DNA of 64,000 nucleotides from Laetmonice hystrix (GCA_965235115.1 OZ249447.1:11966001-12030000), one strand, 5' to 3'; counted from the stretch's first letter, positions 13,811-27,011 are shown. The notes: generated from the sequence alone by a model not told the origin. A program made the numbers and translations.

Positions 13811-14357
13811 CTGGGGTCCGTAGAAGCTGTGATGGTGTCGGAACCGGGCACGATGGGATCCGGCCTGGCGGTCAGGCAGCGCGTAGATAGAGTTAGCTGG
13901 GGGCCACTGGGCCCGAGTCCCGTTGAGGGCCAGCTGGAGCCCCCCGGAGTACGGGTGGGGGAGTGACCCCCCACCACCGTCGCCTCCCAGTAGGTGAGGT
14001 AGCATTGACCACTCGGTGGCCACGGTGGAGGAGGAAGTTGTACCTGGCAGGCGGCCAGGGATGCAGGACGTACCGGGGTCGGAGTGAGGGGAGAGGGTTC
14101 CAGGTGGGACCTGTCGGCGGCCCGGCTGGAGTCCGGCGGGGGGTGGCGGTAGAAGAACACGGCCCGCCGTCAGTTTGCTGTTGGCCGGTTGTGGCACACG
14201 GGAGGCTGATAACAGCGGCCACAGTAAGCGCGTGGACGACAGAGGCTGGTGGCTGTGGTCTAGCAGAGACTGGCCATTGTTCACCATGCCTGCCTGATCC
14301 TGGAGCTCCCTCCCGGCCTGCCGTGGGCACTGCCACTCCCACAGTCAACAGGAGGAC
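13811..14357 (-). CDS. Candidate coding exon of an unidentified minus-strand gene (159 codons from ATG 14287 to donor)
   Basis: Acceptor TTTGCTGTGCTGTCAG at 14358 and strong donor CAG/GTAAGG at 13810. The frame MVNNGQSLLD...IYALPDRQAGSHRARFRHHHSFYGPQ is open to the donor with G/C-rich third positions. No family recognised. Confidence 0.4.
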
Positions 14358-16253
14358 CTGACAGCACAGCAAATAATGTCCAAACAATATGCAGTCCCGC
14401 CGCCGCGGGCCAAACTCCAGCAAACGGCGGCCACACGGCTTCCTTGGCAACACTGCCCCGCTGACTTCAAAGGGTGCCGACAGCTCCTGTCACGTCCAGA
14501 TGTTTTTGTTTTTCAGGCATATTTGGAATGGGGAGCGATTAAGTTAAATAAAGCTTATCAATGTTTACTTGCTGTTTGAGGACCATGGAGTGAGTGTACA
14601 GTGCACTTAAGGCCACAGGGCCATATAGCACTTATTGTGAGCCGAGCGGCGGTGGTGTCGGTGGTGGTGGCGGTGGGGTGGGTCCCGTGTGATGATCAGG
14701 GTGTCACAGTGACTACCGTCCGACCGTCCGCACGTCCGATCCTGTGCTCAAAGCGACGGTTCTCAGCTCCTCCACTCTACCGATGATTACCCGAGTTGGT
14801 GCACCGACCACACGTGGCCAGGTGAGGGACGCCGGGGAGGGGATCCACACTGCTTGCAGAAGGCCAGCCAATAGTTCCTCAATGTGCCGGGAGGTGGCGC
14901 GCCGTACCGTGCTGCCTCAGTGCTCAAACCCAACTGGTCACACATCGAGGAGGGACACTTGCTTTTATTCAAACCAGCACCAATATCATCATTCAATTAG
15001 ATTGTAGCAATCTCTCTCGAGCTTGCCTTGAGACCGACAGGGTGGTGGAGGGCGGGACTGAGGGAGGGGGAGGAGGGGAGGGAGGGGGGCTCATGAGGCT
15101 GAGAGCGTGACACCGCCCAGACCACTTCACAGCCACCCTTTGATGTCAACTCTACCCTCCGACTACCTGGTCTGGAGCTGCCGGATCTAACCCTCGACCT
15201 TAGTGAGACGTCACCGTCCCCATCCCGCCCGCCGCCGGGCGTCACACCTCGACTGGCCGCCGTCCGACCGCCCGATCACATCGCCCTGACCAGGTCAGCC
15301 CGAACCGCCGTCCAACAGCCTTGTTTAGTGAGCAATATGAGTGGTAGGTTAGTCAATGTGGATCTTTGCTGGCCGTCCGGCGGTGCTGCTGCTGCTGCTG
15401 CTTCTGCTCCTGCTGCTGCTCCTGCTGCCCCTGCTGCTGCCAAGCCGAGGCCGCGCGAGGCCAACCATCTCAGTGAAGCCTGCAGGCACGCACCACCTCT
15501 CCAACCAAGGCTTATTTTTCCGAAAAGGCACAATTTCACCCCACTGCCTGTAACGCCACTCCCTTATTATCATGAGTAAACAACCATCTTCTAGCTCCAT
15601 CCTGTTTACCTAAGCAAGGCGTTACTATAGCAACCGGGTGCTCCACAGTTGCAAGCAAGCCTGTGTGGAGCACCTCTTGACCCTCTCTGAAAAGGGACTG
15701 CCTTGGCAAAGCACTGGGCAAATAAACCGGCACCAGCGGCTGTCGCAACTCATTCCCTGCCAAGTGCCCAGATGCAAAGGATACCTTTTGTGAAAACAAC
15801 ACAATATGATAAATTTCGTTTTGTTGCCAGGCAACCTAGAAAGCATCCCTACAAGCCTTGCATTAGGTAATTCAAGCTTGTTATTGCTTTTCAGCTACTA
15901 CAAAATCATGTTATATCTACCCTTTCTAATACTTTGAGCCAAGCCACCCGTTCCGACGGCGTATAGAATGGTGGCGCATAGCTCTATGTCCATCGTTATA
16001 TCTGAGCATTACACAAGTGTAGAATGATAACATGACAATATAGGTCAGTCAGAACGTTTCGCACAATTATGTCACGTAAACAGAGTGAATCAATGTCGAT
16101 ATATCATATATATGTTATCTACACATGTTCAATGCCCTCTAAAAACATGCCAATCAGTAATACATGGAGGTTATCTATTCATGTGTCCGGGCCAGTCCCA
16201 TTTATGTCATGTCAATGACGAGTACAGCAAACAGATGTTATTTGGGTCTCCTG

Positions 16254-16378
16254 GGCCCAGTTTTTCAAAAAATTTCAACTTAAGTAGACTAACAGGCTTC
16301 TGATTTGCTGGTCTGCTTAGGCCAGGCAATCAGAAACTGTTAGTTTACTCAAGTTGAGAAGTTTTGAAAAACTGCGCC
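16254..16378. mobile_element. Fold-back MITE, PIF/Harbinger-like, 125 bp, 3-bp TSD CTG
   Basis: Left arm GGCCCAGTTTTTCAAAAAATTTCAACTTAAGTAGACTAACAG is near-complementary to the right arm ending ...GTTTTGAAAAACTGCGCC. CTG lies on both sides (16251-16253, 16379-16381). Confidence 0.75.
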
Positions 16379-16380
16379 CT

Positions 16381-16556
16381 GGTCCTTCAAAAATCTCGTG
16401 TAACTAATCTTATAACTTCTCTATCCATGTCTCCTGGCCCTTCAAAAATCTCGTGTGAATAATCTTATACAACTTCTCTATCCGTGTCTCCTGGCCCTTC
16501 AGAAATCTCGTGTGAATAAACTTATACAACTTCTCTATCCATGTCTCCTGTCCCTT
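16381..16556. repeat. ~58-bp tandem repeat, 3 copies
   Basis: GGCCCTTCAAAAATCTCGTGTGAATAATCTTATACAACTTCTCTATCCATGTCTCCT. Confidence 0.85.
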
Positions 16557-18042
16557 CAACATTTCAGGTCAAGTCTTTAATATCTGTGCAGTGGGAGGTG
16601 AGCGCTTTAGTATCTACCCAAAGATAGTCAAATCCGTCTTTAATGACGGATCACTTTAGTATATATCCAAAGATAGGCCAATTTTTGAGTATCCATTCAA
16701 TAAGAGACCAAGGCTTTAGCATCTATCCGAAGATATGCCAATTCTTAAGTATCCATGCAATGACAGGTCAACTCTTTAGTATCCATTCTAATAAAGGTCA
16801 TTTCTGAGTGTCCATCCTCAAGTTTCGCCTGCATGGCCTGCCTGCCGGTGAGTATTTTGAGGATATGTTTTATATTCTACACGACGGCTAGCTCACCTTC
16901 TTTATAAATCCCATTTACTATCAGTCTCACCGCAATACATTCTTCAGTCGCGGGAAACTCGAGATTTTTTCTTCTTACATTTCTATCCTAACCATGGCCG
17001 CCGATTCTTATCATTTGGTGTATTGAATCAAACACACGTAAAAATCATAGTTTCTATGCAGGAAAAACTGCAACCAGTGCAGGAGGGAAAATACCATCTG
17101 TTTTTACACGCCATGAATGAAGAGCTGCAAATCAACAAAAAACATAATGCTGGCATACAAAGATACATTAAGTACTTTTCTGGGATGTTTCCTTGCGTTT
17201 TTCTGTCCTCGAGTCGACCTACGATATATGCGCCCCCTATCTCCTTTCACGGAACTGCGCTGTATGGTTGTAAGAACGGCTGATCACGTGACAACTAATA
17301 CATTAGCCTCAACTCGCTACTTTGTTTGCTGATCCTTTAAAAAGGCCCCGAGAGAAGGCGGCGTTTTCTCGTGTGTCATGCAAACACGGCCAACCTACAT
17401 GTTTAATTTCAAGTTTAGAGCTGTCTTCTAATGGGTAGAAGGCATAGAGATACGGCTCAAGTTACATCTAGTACTTTCTTTACATTTATGAAATACAAAT
17501 CTTTGATTACTTTTGCCGGCTTAGCACAATATCTGGCCGACCATGATCCCTTCAATCTTTCACCCCAAAAAAACTTCGTAATCGTAATTTCTAGGCATCG
17601 TACTTTCGCCAACGTCTTAGATTTCTTAAACAAATACAATGCGCTACTCCTACATATAACATATGTATTTTCCCCTGTTTTTAAACTTTAATCAATGTCG
17701 CAGAAATTAAACTTTACAATCCCGTATCTGGCCGGCTGCAGTCCTATTCAAAGGAGGGCTATTGACCCCAGCTACACTGGGGAAAGTGGATTTTACATTT
17801 ATTGGTTTGTTTGTTTAAATTGATAGAAATATGTCGAGAACGACAGGTGCTCCTCTGGGCTTGCTCGCTCCCAATGTTAGACCTGACACGGCCCTGTCCG
17901 AGTTTGATACCAGACGACGTCTGCTCTTTGAATCTCTCCACTTTGTTAGCTCAGAGCTCACTGTCGTACTCCGGGACTGTCAACTGAAAGACTTGCAGAG
18001 GTCATGACATGGTATGATTTCACAGCCACAGCTGTAGTAATC

Positions 18043-18655
18043 GACAACCCACAAAATGGTAGGTTCTAGTCACCTATAACCCACAAAATGGCGGGTTTAG
18101 TCACAGACAACCCACAAAATGGTAGGTTCCAGTCACAGACAACCCACAAAATGGTGGGTTCTAGGGTTATTCCCCCTTGGTAACTTTTGGGTTCGAGTTA
18201 AGGTCAGGGATAGGGATATATTTTTGGGAGGTGTAGGGACTGGGGTTAGGGTTAGGGATAAGGTCAGAGCTATGGATCTTTACTTTCGACCAAATTTCGT
18301 GGGGGTTAAGTTATCAAGGGCGGTGTACCGGTTCTAGCTAGCGACAACCCACAAAATGGTGGGTTCTAGTCAGCGATAACCCACGAAAAGGTGGGTTCTA
18401 GTCAGCGATAACCCACAAAATGGTGGGTTTAGTCAGCGATAACCCACAAAATGGTGGGTTTAGTCAGCGATAACACACAAAATGGTGGGTTCTAGTCACC
18501 GATAACACACAAAATGGTGGGTTTAGTCACCGATAACCCACAAAATGGTGGGTTCTAGTCACCGATAACCCACAAAATGGTGGGTTCTAGTCACCGATAA
18601 CACACAAAATGGTGGGTTCTAGTCACCGATAACCCACAAAATGGTGGGTTTAGTG
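18043..18655. repeat. 32-bp minisatellite interrupted by a MITE
   Basis: CACAAAATGGTGGGTTCTAGTCACCGATAACC, ~4 copies left and ~10 right of the insertion. Confidence 0.92.
18165..18329. mobile_element. MITE with imperfect 22-bp TIRs and 8-bp TSD GGTTCTAG (hAT-like TSD length), inserted in a 32-bp minisatellite
   Basis: Start GGTTATTCCCCCTTGGTAACTT versus reverse complement of end GGTACACCGCCCTTGATAACTT (16/22 identical). GGTTCTAG at 18157-18164 and 18330-18337. Internal GTTAGGGTTAGGG tract. Confidence 0.65.
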
Positions 18656-19202
18656 ACTGATTGCCTGGGCTGGCTGAAGACGATGAGGCAGTGACCCGAT
18701 CGTTGCTCCCCTTAAAGCGGCCAGGATTACACCCCAGCCTTGACGGGAGATCCCAGATTTAATCTCCGTAGATCTGGGCTGGGGATAATCACACAAAGGC
18801 AATCTACCTTGTGCTGTCCGAGATAAAAACAACGTGTTTACGACTGACACCGAGTGGCCACTTCTCCACCAGGCGGCGCTGGTGCAGTCCTTCATGGACG
18901 CTGCAAGCCCGCACCCCCTGAGGGAGGGACAATCGTCCACAGTACCATTTGCCGATTGATGACGAGTTCTTGGAGACAGCCGGCCTCGCCATGGCCTGGT
19001 GCTGGCTGAGTCGGGTTGTGGAGCGCCACCCCCGGGACTTGGCAGGCCTCGCGTGTCGCTAACAATGGGGCATGTGGCTCGACAAGAGGCTGGCCATTGT
19101 TTGTCTTTGGATTGTCAACACTGGTGGCCCTGTCAGCGTGGATCAGTGGGGATCGAATGGCCACCACCGACGGGCGGCACGGGCGGCTGGACCGCGGCTC
19201 AC

Positions 19203-19596
19203 CTCCGTCCGACTAGGGTCCCGGGCGTAAATGAATCACGGCCGGGTAACCAAAGCCGACTGACTGGCCAGTCAGATCGCACCAGGACGTTTTCTGCGAC
19301 TCGACTGGCCACTCGGTCCGGGACCAGGCTCGGGACTCGACCGGTATCTCGGTCCGGGACTCGGCTTTCCACTCGGCGACTCGGTCTCACTCGACCGGTC
19401 ACTCGGCCGGTCACTCGACCTGCACTCGGTCCGTGGTTCGGCTTGCCGTTCTGTCCGGGATTCGGCACGGAACCTTGCCCACGACTCGACCCCGAGTCCC
19501 TGGACTCAGTTGTGACGGGGGGTTGCCGGGACACCTGGTTTAGCGGGGGGAAGGAGTTCATTATTGTTAAACTACACAAGTTGTACGAGAAGTAAT
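19203..19596 (-). other. Candidate minus-strand exon (394 nt, open frame, phase 1 to 2)
   Basis: Acceptor GTTTTATCCAG at 19597 and donor GAG/GTGAGC at 19202. The ORF-track frame 19199..19675 is open across exactly this interval. Product is low complexity (RVTG/RVP repeats). Confidence 0.25.
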
Positions 19597-19994
19597 CTGG
19601 ATAAAACTTTGTTTTAATTAAGCAGAAAAAAATTACCTGTAAAACTTTCAGACTGTAGAACATCACAGAGGACATGAGACTGTAGCCGTTTCGATAAAGA
19701 CATCAAACTAATCCTTTCACGATACAAAAGAGTAAAGTTTCTTCATAATCAATGCATGTACAATACAAGTAAGTGCGTGCTATAACAGCTCGACCGACCC
19801 CCTATCGCGCCAACACGATGTCTCTGCTGTACTATAGCAAATAACGTTTGGCGACAATACCGAGAGGGGAAGTCCTTCCGACACGGGGCGGCGGCCGACG
19901 ACGTCCGCCCAATAAAAGATTTCCGGCCGCGCCCAGCCAGCTCCAGGAAGTGTAGAAGTGTAACAAACTTAATTTTGTGGACGATGTCTGAGTG

Positions 19995-21160
19995 CAGCTG
20001 GAGGACAGCAGGTGGACAGCAGGAAGAGGACAGCAACAGCAGGACAGCAGGACAGCAGCCGGACATCAAGACAGCAATAGCAGGACATCAGAACAGCAGG
20101 ACAGCAGCAACAGGACAGCAACAGCAGGACATCAGGACAGCAGCAGGACAACAGCAGCAGGACATCAGGACAGCAATAGCAGGACATCAGGACAGCAGGA
20201 CAGCAGCAGCAGGACAGCAACATCAGGACATCAGGACAGCAGCAGCAGGACCGCAGCAGGACAGCAGCAGCAGGACAACAGCAGCAGGACATCAGGACAG
20301 CAGCAGCAGGACCGCAGCAGGACAACAGCAGCAGGACAACAGCAGCAGGACATCAGGACAGCAGCAGCAGGACAAGGACAGCAAGACAGCAGGGCAGCAG
20401 CAGCAGGACAGCAGGACGAGGACAGCAGCAGCAGGACAGCAGGACAGCAGCAGCTGGACAGCAGGACAGCAGCAGGACAGCAGCAGGACAGCAGCAGCAC
20501 ATCAGGGCAGCAGCAGCTGGACAGCAGCAGCAGGACAGCACCAGCAGGACAAGGACAACAGCAGCAGGACAGCAGGACAGCAACAGGAGGACAAGGACAG
20601 CAGCAGCAGGCGGACAGCAGGACAACAGGGCAACAGCAGGTGGACAACAGGAAGAGGACAGCAACAGCAGGACATCAGGACAGCAACAGCAGGACAGCAG
20701 CAGGACAACAGCAGCAGGACATCAGGACAGCAACAGCAGGACAGCAGGACAGCAGCAGGACAACAGCAGCAGGACATCAGGACAGCAGCAGCATGACAAG
20801 GACAGCAGGACAGCAGGGCAGCAGCAGCAGCAGGACAGCAGGACGAGGACAGCAGCAGTAAGACAGCAGGACAGCAGCAGCTGGACAGCAGCAGCAGGAC
20901 AGCACCAGCACGACAAGGACAACAGCAGCAGAACAGCAGGACAGAAACAGGAGGAAAGGACAGCAGCAGCAGCAGGCGGAGAGCAGGACAGCAGCAGCAA
21001 GACAGCAACAGCAGGACAGCAACAGCAGGACATCAGGACAGCAGCAGGACAGCAGCAGCAGGACAACAGCAGCAGGATATCAGCAGCAGGACATCAGCAG
21101 CAGGATAGCAGCACGAGGACAGCAACAGCTGGAGGACAATAGGACAGCAGCAGTAGCAAA
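19995..21160. repeat. Compound (CAG)n/GGACAG simple-sequence array, ~1.2 kb
   Basis: Almost entirely CAG, CAA, GGA and CAGGA permutations, with ~370-bp internal duplication-like blocks. Confidence 0.95.
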
Positions 21161-21244
21161 CACGGCCACACGGGTCACAGATGTGGAGGAACTTTATTAA
21201 CCTACATCACTTAATCTACCACTCAGGTCATGATACCACTGAGT

Positions 21245-21525
21245 CTACCAACCGTGGAGGTCAGGGCTAGGGTTAACCCTAATCCTAATCTTCATCATTT
21301 AGTCCACCAACCTTGGATGTCAGGGTTAGGGTTAACCCTAATCCTAATATTCGTCACTTAGTCCACCAACCTTGGATGTCAGGGCTGGGGTTAACCCTAA
21401 TCCTAACCTTTACCACTTAGTCCACCAACCTTGGATGTCAGGGCTATGGTTAACCCTAATCCTAACCTTTACCACCTAGTCCACCAACCTTGGATGTCAG
21501 GGCTAGGGTTAACCCTAATCCTAAT
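21245..21525. repeat. 59-bp minisatellite with 24-bp palindrome, ~5 copies
   Basis: AGTCCACCAACCTTGGATGTC-AGGGTTAGGGTTAACCCTAATCCT-AATATTCGTCACTT. Confidence 0.9.
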
Positions 21526-21902
21526 ATTCAACCTCCAAGAGTCGGGGTTCGAGCGAAACTCACTTTATGTACCTGCGCCAGCTGCACAATTTGCAGCATA
21601 GATCTCTGCACTATTTTGTTTTACAACACAACGATATTAGTTAGCGACCCAGCAGGATGGGCCTGTGATCCCGAGCCGGCTCCTCTCTCGGCTCCCTCAC
21701 TGTGACGAGCATAATCACACACCTCCACCCTCTCAGACACTTCCAACCAACCCCTCTGTCAACCACAGAATGTCAAATAGTCTCCTGACTGTGGGCCCAC
21801 GGGCTTCATATTGCCGGTAGGTGTCGCCCCCTTCCTACACCCCATTAAACGAGGCTGTCCCCTCGGTCCATGACCATACGCAGGTCTCGGAGCTGGGCCC
21901 GC

Positions 21903-22186
21903 CTTTACCGTTCTACCGGTACCCTTACCGTCCTACCGGCACCCTTACCGCTCTACCGGTACCCTTACCGTCCTACCGGTACCCTTACCGTTCTACCGGT
22001 ACCCTTACCGCTCTACCGGTACCCTTACCGCTCTACCGGTACCCTTACCGCCCTACCGGTACCCTTACCACTCTACCGGTACCCTTACTGCTCTACCGGT
22101 ACCCTTACCGTCCTACCGGTACCCTTACCGCCCTACCGGTACCCTTACCACTCTACCGGTACCCTTACCACTCTACCGGTACACCT
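21903..22186. repeat. 20-bp minisatellite, ~14 copies
   Basis: TACCGGTACCCTTACCGCTC (contains palindromes TACCGGTA and GGTACC). Confidence 0.95.
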
Positions 22187-22529
22187 ACTGGGCTCTCAAT
22201 AACTTTCCCAATCTACCAGTACATCCATGTACCTTATCCTAATACGACAGAAAGGTAGCGGGCAATTGCTGACACCCTCTGGCGTCCAGGCGGGGTAATA
22301 ACCCTCAGCGTCTGGCTGACCGCGGTATATGGTATGTTCAGATCACAACCCCCTCTCAAACTCCTATTGACCAGAGTAAGAATCGTCGACGTCAGCCCAT
22401 GTTCACTGAAAACAGAGGCATGGTTTGACGGCAAACTTCAATATTGACTGACGAACGCAATGATAGTGGGAGTTGTGAGGTTGGGAGAGGGGCCTGTCGA
22501 TAGCTCGCGACCACTGGCTGACCCAGCAC

Positions 22530-22740
22530 AAGAACGCGCCGCGACGTGACGGAAACGCGCTGTGACGTCAGTCCCCAGGCAGACGTTATTTAGATAACTT
22601 CGGACTCCGCCCCTGCCAACAACAAAAGCCTTCAGATACATTTCATTCAGAGTGACAAAGGCCAACACCGGAAGAAAATAGACTGAGGCTTTGATGTGGC
22701 GGCTCCATCGTTTACTTCCCCCTCGGTGCACTCTCCCCCC
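22530..22740. promoter_or_regulatory. Promoter-like motif cluster with no assigned gene
   Basis: TGACGTCA (CRE), CCGCCC (Sp/KLF) and CCGGAAG (ETS) within ~150 bp of CpG-rich sequence. Confidence 0.3.
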
Positions 22741-25539
22741 TCGATCGAATACACACGCACTGATCCAGTGAACATGTTAACCCAGATCACCCTCACCCAT
22801 CACGGCACCATCTCAATACGCCAAGGGATGAGAATCGAGGCCCTGACTCCAGATTCTTCCTTCCTCGTGCCCCCCCCCCTCGTGGTGCGGGGGGGGGCTT
22901 CCGTCAACCTCCTTGTGAGAATAAAGGTACTTCCCCGACATGACACCAGAACCTTGAGTATTTACCCTCCATAAACTAAAAACTTTAGCTTCCATTCAGG
23001 ATGCTGCTACTTCCTTATATACATGTTTTGAGATGCAGACAGCACAGAAAAGTTTGATGTAATTTACCCGTGAATACATTGTACATAATTGTGTCCAATA
23101 ACTTCAATACACAGAAACCGTGACCGCCATGCATGTCTTCTTAAGTTGAAAGAAACAGAAACTCAAAACTTTTTCTTCATATATTCAAAGTCCCTAAAAC
23201 ATTTCTGGAAGAACACAAAGCTTTTGACAAACAGCGTGGTACATGGCGGAAACACGAGAGGATGACCTGGGAGTTTTCTTATGTCTTTTATCTTTCCATC
23301 TTCTGCGGTTAGTGTAAAAACAGCCAAATGTAACTCAGGGAAAATCAAAAGATCCAAAGTCAAGCTGTATACAAACTCTTTGTTATGTCTGCAAGAAGTC
23401 GATGTGTGCATGCCAAGAACACAGGGGCATGGCTGAGACTGGTACTGGTAGTCGTCACGATATGCATGTCAGTAAGACGGGCCGCTCAACTCGTGGATAA
23501 ATATTAAATACCACTGTCTACACGGCCGCACTGGACTTCCTACCTACCTGCGACATCATTCAAACTTTTACTGTTGATATTGTGAGGCATTTTAGTTTTT
23601 AATATGATTATTGTTCCTCTGGTTCTGGTGTGTTCGCTGTCTGATGCATTACCATCTAATTGAAGCTCTGGCCTCGGGAGAAGAAAAACGCTTTTGAAAG
23701 ATGCCAATTCAATTACATCGTCATTTGGAATTTAAATACTGTGAGTAATTCTCGTCTGATTGCCTGACTAGGGAATTAGGAGCTTGTTTGGCTGTACCTG
23801 ATTCTATCTGTACAACAGGTCACCTCAAGTGCTTCACAATCAATAGCATTTAATTCCATCTATTCAATCATGTAGGCCAGCTTGCCTTATGAAGAAGTAT
23901 TGACTGTCGGGTATAAACCGCCGACGAGATTGCATGTCGGCTGACGGCTCCAACTTCATGCTTCCTCCCGTTCTTCTCGTCCGTCTTTTTCACTACTCCA
24001 CCTTTTCCTGGCCTGACATATCGTCCTTTTGATGTCAAGCCCACCACGGCCGGGTAAACAGCATTAAAACAGCATTAGCAATCTTTGTCCTTTCCTTACA
24101 AGGAGCAATTGTCTGCACCCAGCACATCGCTGGGTGCATCTGTATTTTTCATGTTATCGATAAAAGGCTCCAAATCTAATCATGCCTGTAATAAAAACGC
24201 CTTTCGTTTCTATATAGCAAACAGACCATCTTTTCATGCAAATTCTATTGATGAACACAAATGTTTGCAATTATGTGTGCCTGACAATTGTTTCAAATTT
24301 ATAATTTGAATAATCAAATCATGGCATATAACGATGGCAAGCCGGGATAGGTCCGAGAAGAATATCTGCTGGTGATATTACAAAAACCGGTGAACCTGCC
24401 ATGGTTGGCGTCGATTCATGCCCAGATTAACAGATTGTGGCTATCATTACAGACAATGATATATTGTAACCAATGGAGCGGCTATGGCCGGAGCCGTTTT
24501 CAATACGACTTGGGTTGTCTGAAGCGGGGGTTCCTCTCTCTGACCTTAGTCCGGGTGTTGGGGGTATGAGGGGGAGGGGGGGGGGGTTTACCCACCCCGC
24601 CAGGCGGGGGGGGGGGGTTCTTACCAGCCCCGCCAGCCCGGTGCTGAGCGATCCGTTCCTGCGGCCACCAAATCAATGCTATTTGCATGGGCATACTAAT
24701 GCTGCTGTTTACACGTGCTGACCATTACCACCAACTACAGTGGCGCGCCCTACCGGCATTGCATCACACTACACCTGAGCCTAACCCCGAGCAGCGCTGC
24801 TCCAGCCGGGACGGTGCCCTGATGTACTGCCAACCGGAGCGCCTACAAATTAGTCGGGCCGACACATACAAGGGCGACGGTGGCAGAGTAATCAGAAGGT
24901 GCAGATTTCCCTGTAAGATAGGCCGCGCCAATGTCACAGCTAATGTCACTGCAGCAACATTAAAAGTATCGCGGATTGGCAGATACTTGCACAAGGCCGC
25001 ATGCCGGTCAGATGCGCCTGGCAGCCCGATGGATTTCCCCTTGTTCTATTAGATTTCATGCCGTTCTTTGTGCACCAAGTGATGCAATTTATTGTCGAGT
25101 CCTTCAGATCCGCCATGGCTCGGCCGATGGCGACATACACAGAAAACAACAAATGCTCATTTCATGTAGGGCTCAAATAAAAATGTCCGCCATTTGTTGA
25201 GCACGACTGACTCTGCGGGCAGGCTGCCGATCAACTTCAAGTCGTTTGGCGGTTATCATTTTCAGCCTAGTTGGCAATGTTGATTGCAATCGAGATTGGG
25301 TTGATATGATATGATAGATCCGCACGGCAAGCACGGTGTGTGGTTCTATCAGCCCGCCATCTCGCAGCCAGCGTAATGAAAGACTGGTGCTGCCCCCAGT
25401 GTCAGACCACTGAACCAACACCTTGGCGCGCCCCTCCGCCCTTACATGGCAACGACTCTCACAACTTCAACTCAAACAGTCAGATCCTCCTTATATCTAA
25501 CTACACACGTGTGGATTTGGACTATCATTAACTGACACA

Positions 25540-26260
25540 CCTGGCTAGCAATAATTCACACACATGTGGTAACTGGTTTGGGGCTACCACTAACTCACAC
25601 ACGTGCATAGCATGTGGGACTGGGCCAACACTGACGCGCACACGTAGATCAAAGGTACATACGTGCGACTGAGCTACCACTTACTCACACACGTGTGTGA
25701 TTGACCTACCACTAACTCACACACGTGTGATTGACCTACCACTAACTCACGCACGTGTGATTGACCTACCACTAGCTCGCACACGTGTGTGATTGACCTA
25801 GCACTAACTCACACACGTGTGAAACTGACCTACCTCCACCTCACATACGTGCGACTGAGCTACCACTTACTCACACACGTGTGTGATTGACCTACCACTA
25901 ACTCACACACGTGTGATTGACCTACCACTAACTCACACGTGTGCGACTGACCTATCACTAGCTGACACACGTGTGATTGACCTACCACTAGCTCGCACAC
26001 GTGTGTGATTGACCTACCACTAGCTTGCACACGTGTGTGACTGACCTACCATTAGCTCACACACGTGTGTGACTGACCTACCACTAACTCACACACGTGT
26101 GTGACTGACCTACCACTAACTCACACACGTGTGTGACTGACCTACCATTAGCTCACACACGTGTGTGACTGACCTACCACTAACTCACACACGTGTGATT
26201 GACCTAACACTAACTCACAGACGTGTGTGACTGACCTACCACTAACTCACACACGTGTGT
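25540..26260. repeat. ~30-32-bp minisatellite with CACACGTGTG palindrome, ~22 copies
   Basis: CACACGTGTGTGACTGACCTACCACTAACT units, degenerate at the left edge. Confidence 0.92.
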
Positions 26261-26714
26261 GCCTTATGAGAATGCACACATAACCCTGATGAAGAGGAAG
26301 GCTATGCAGACACCCTCCCAGGCATGTCCTCCCGCCCCCTACAGTAGCCTCTCTTTCAGTGCACAGCGGCCACAACCACCAGGTTAACGACCTCTGGCGG
26401 CGCGCTCTCGCAACCCCCCCCCCCCCCCCCCCGTTCTTACCGACTGCATGAACATTACATCACGCGCTGGTTTACCATACGGCCACGTTAATGTCACTGC
26501 GTGCCTCTCCACAAGTACATGTTTCGTTTTTTTGGTTTGTTTTTTTAGTGATTTCCCCACTTTTTTCCAGAAGTATGTCAGCGCATGTTGTGTTAACGAG
26601 AGTGACGGACCTTCTGAATGATGTCGACGAGTTACACACACCTCCATCGACATCCTTACGGTGTCACTTGGTGTTTCTATCACCACCATCCCACCTCACC
26701 ATCTCCACTGATCC

Positions 26715-27005
26715 TGGCCGTGACCTTTGCCCTTCCTGGTCGTGACCTTGACCCTTCCTGGCCCTGACCTTGGCCCTTCCTGGTCGACACCTTGGCCCTT
26801 CCTGGTCGACACCTTGGCCCTTCCTGGCCGTGACCTTGGCCCTTCCTGGTCGACACCTTGACCCTTCCTGGCCCTGACCTTGGCCCTTCCTGGTCGACAC
26901 CCTGGCTCTTCCTGGCCGTGACCTTGACCCTTCCTGGTCGACACCTTGGCCCTTCCTGGCCGTGACCTTTGCCCTTCCTGGCCGTGACCTTAACCTTTCC
27001 TGGCC
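26715..27005. repeat. 22-bp minisatellite, ~13 copies
   Basis: CTTCCTGGTCGACACCTTGGCC and CTTCCTGGCCGTGACCTTGACC variants. Confidence 0.92.
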
Positions 27006-27011
27006 GTGACA

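Noticed and set aside
17070-17283. Protein-like plus-strand stretch EKLQPVQEGKYHLFLHAMNEELQINKKH
   Set aside because: No recognisable family or partner exons. Could be a TE relic or chance.
18240-18260. TTAGGG repeats as a true telomere
   Set aside because: Only 2-3 units, internal to a MITE.
19969-21066. Cys-rich and Gln-rich ORFs resembling metallothionein, keratin-associated or polyQ proteins
   Set aside because: Products of a CAG simple repeat that is open in many frames on both strands.
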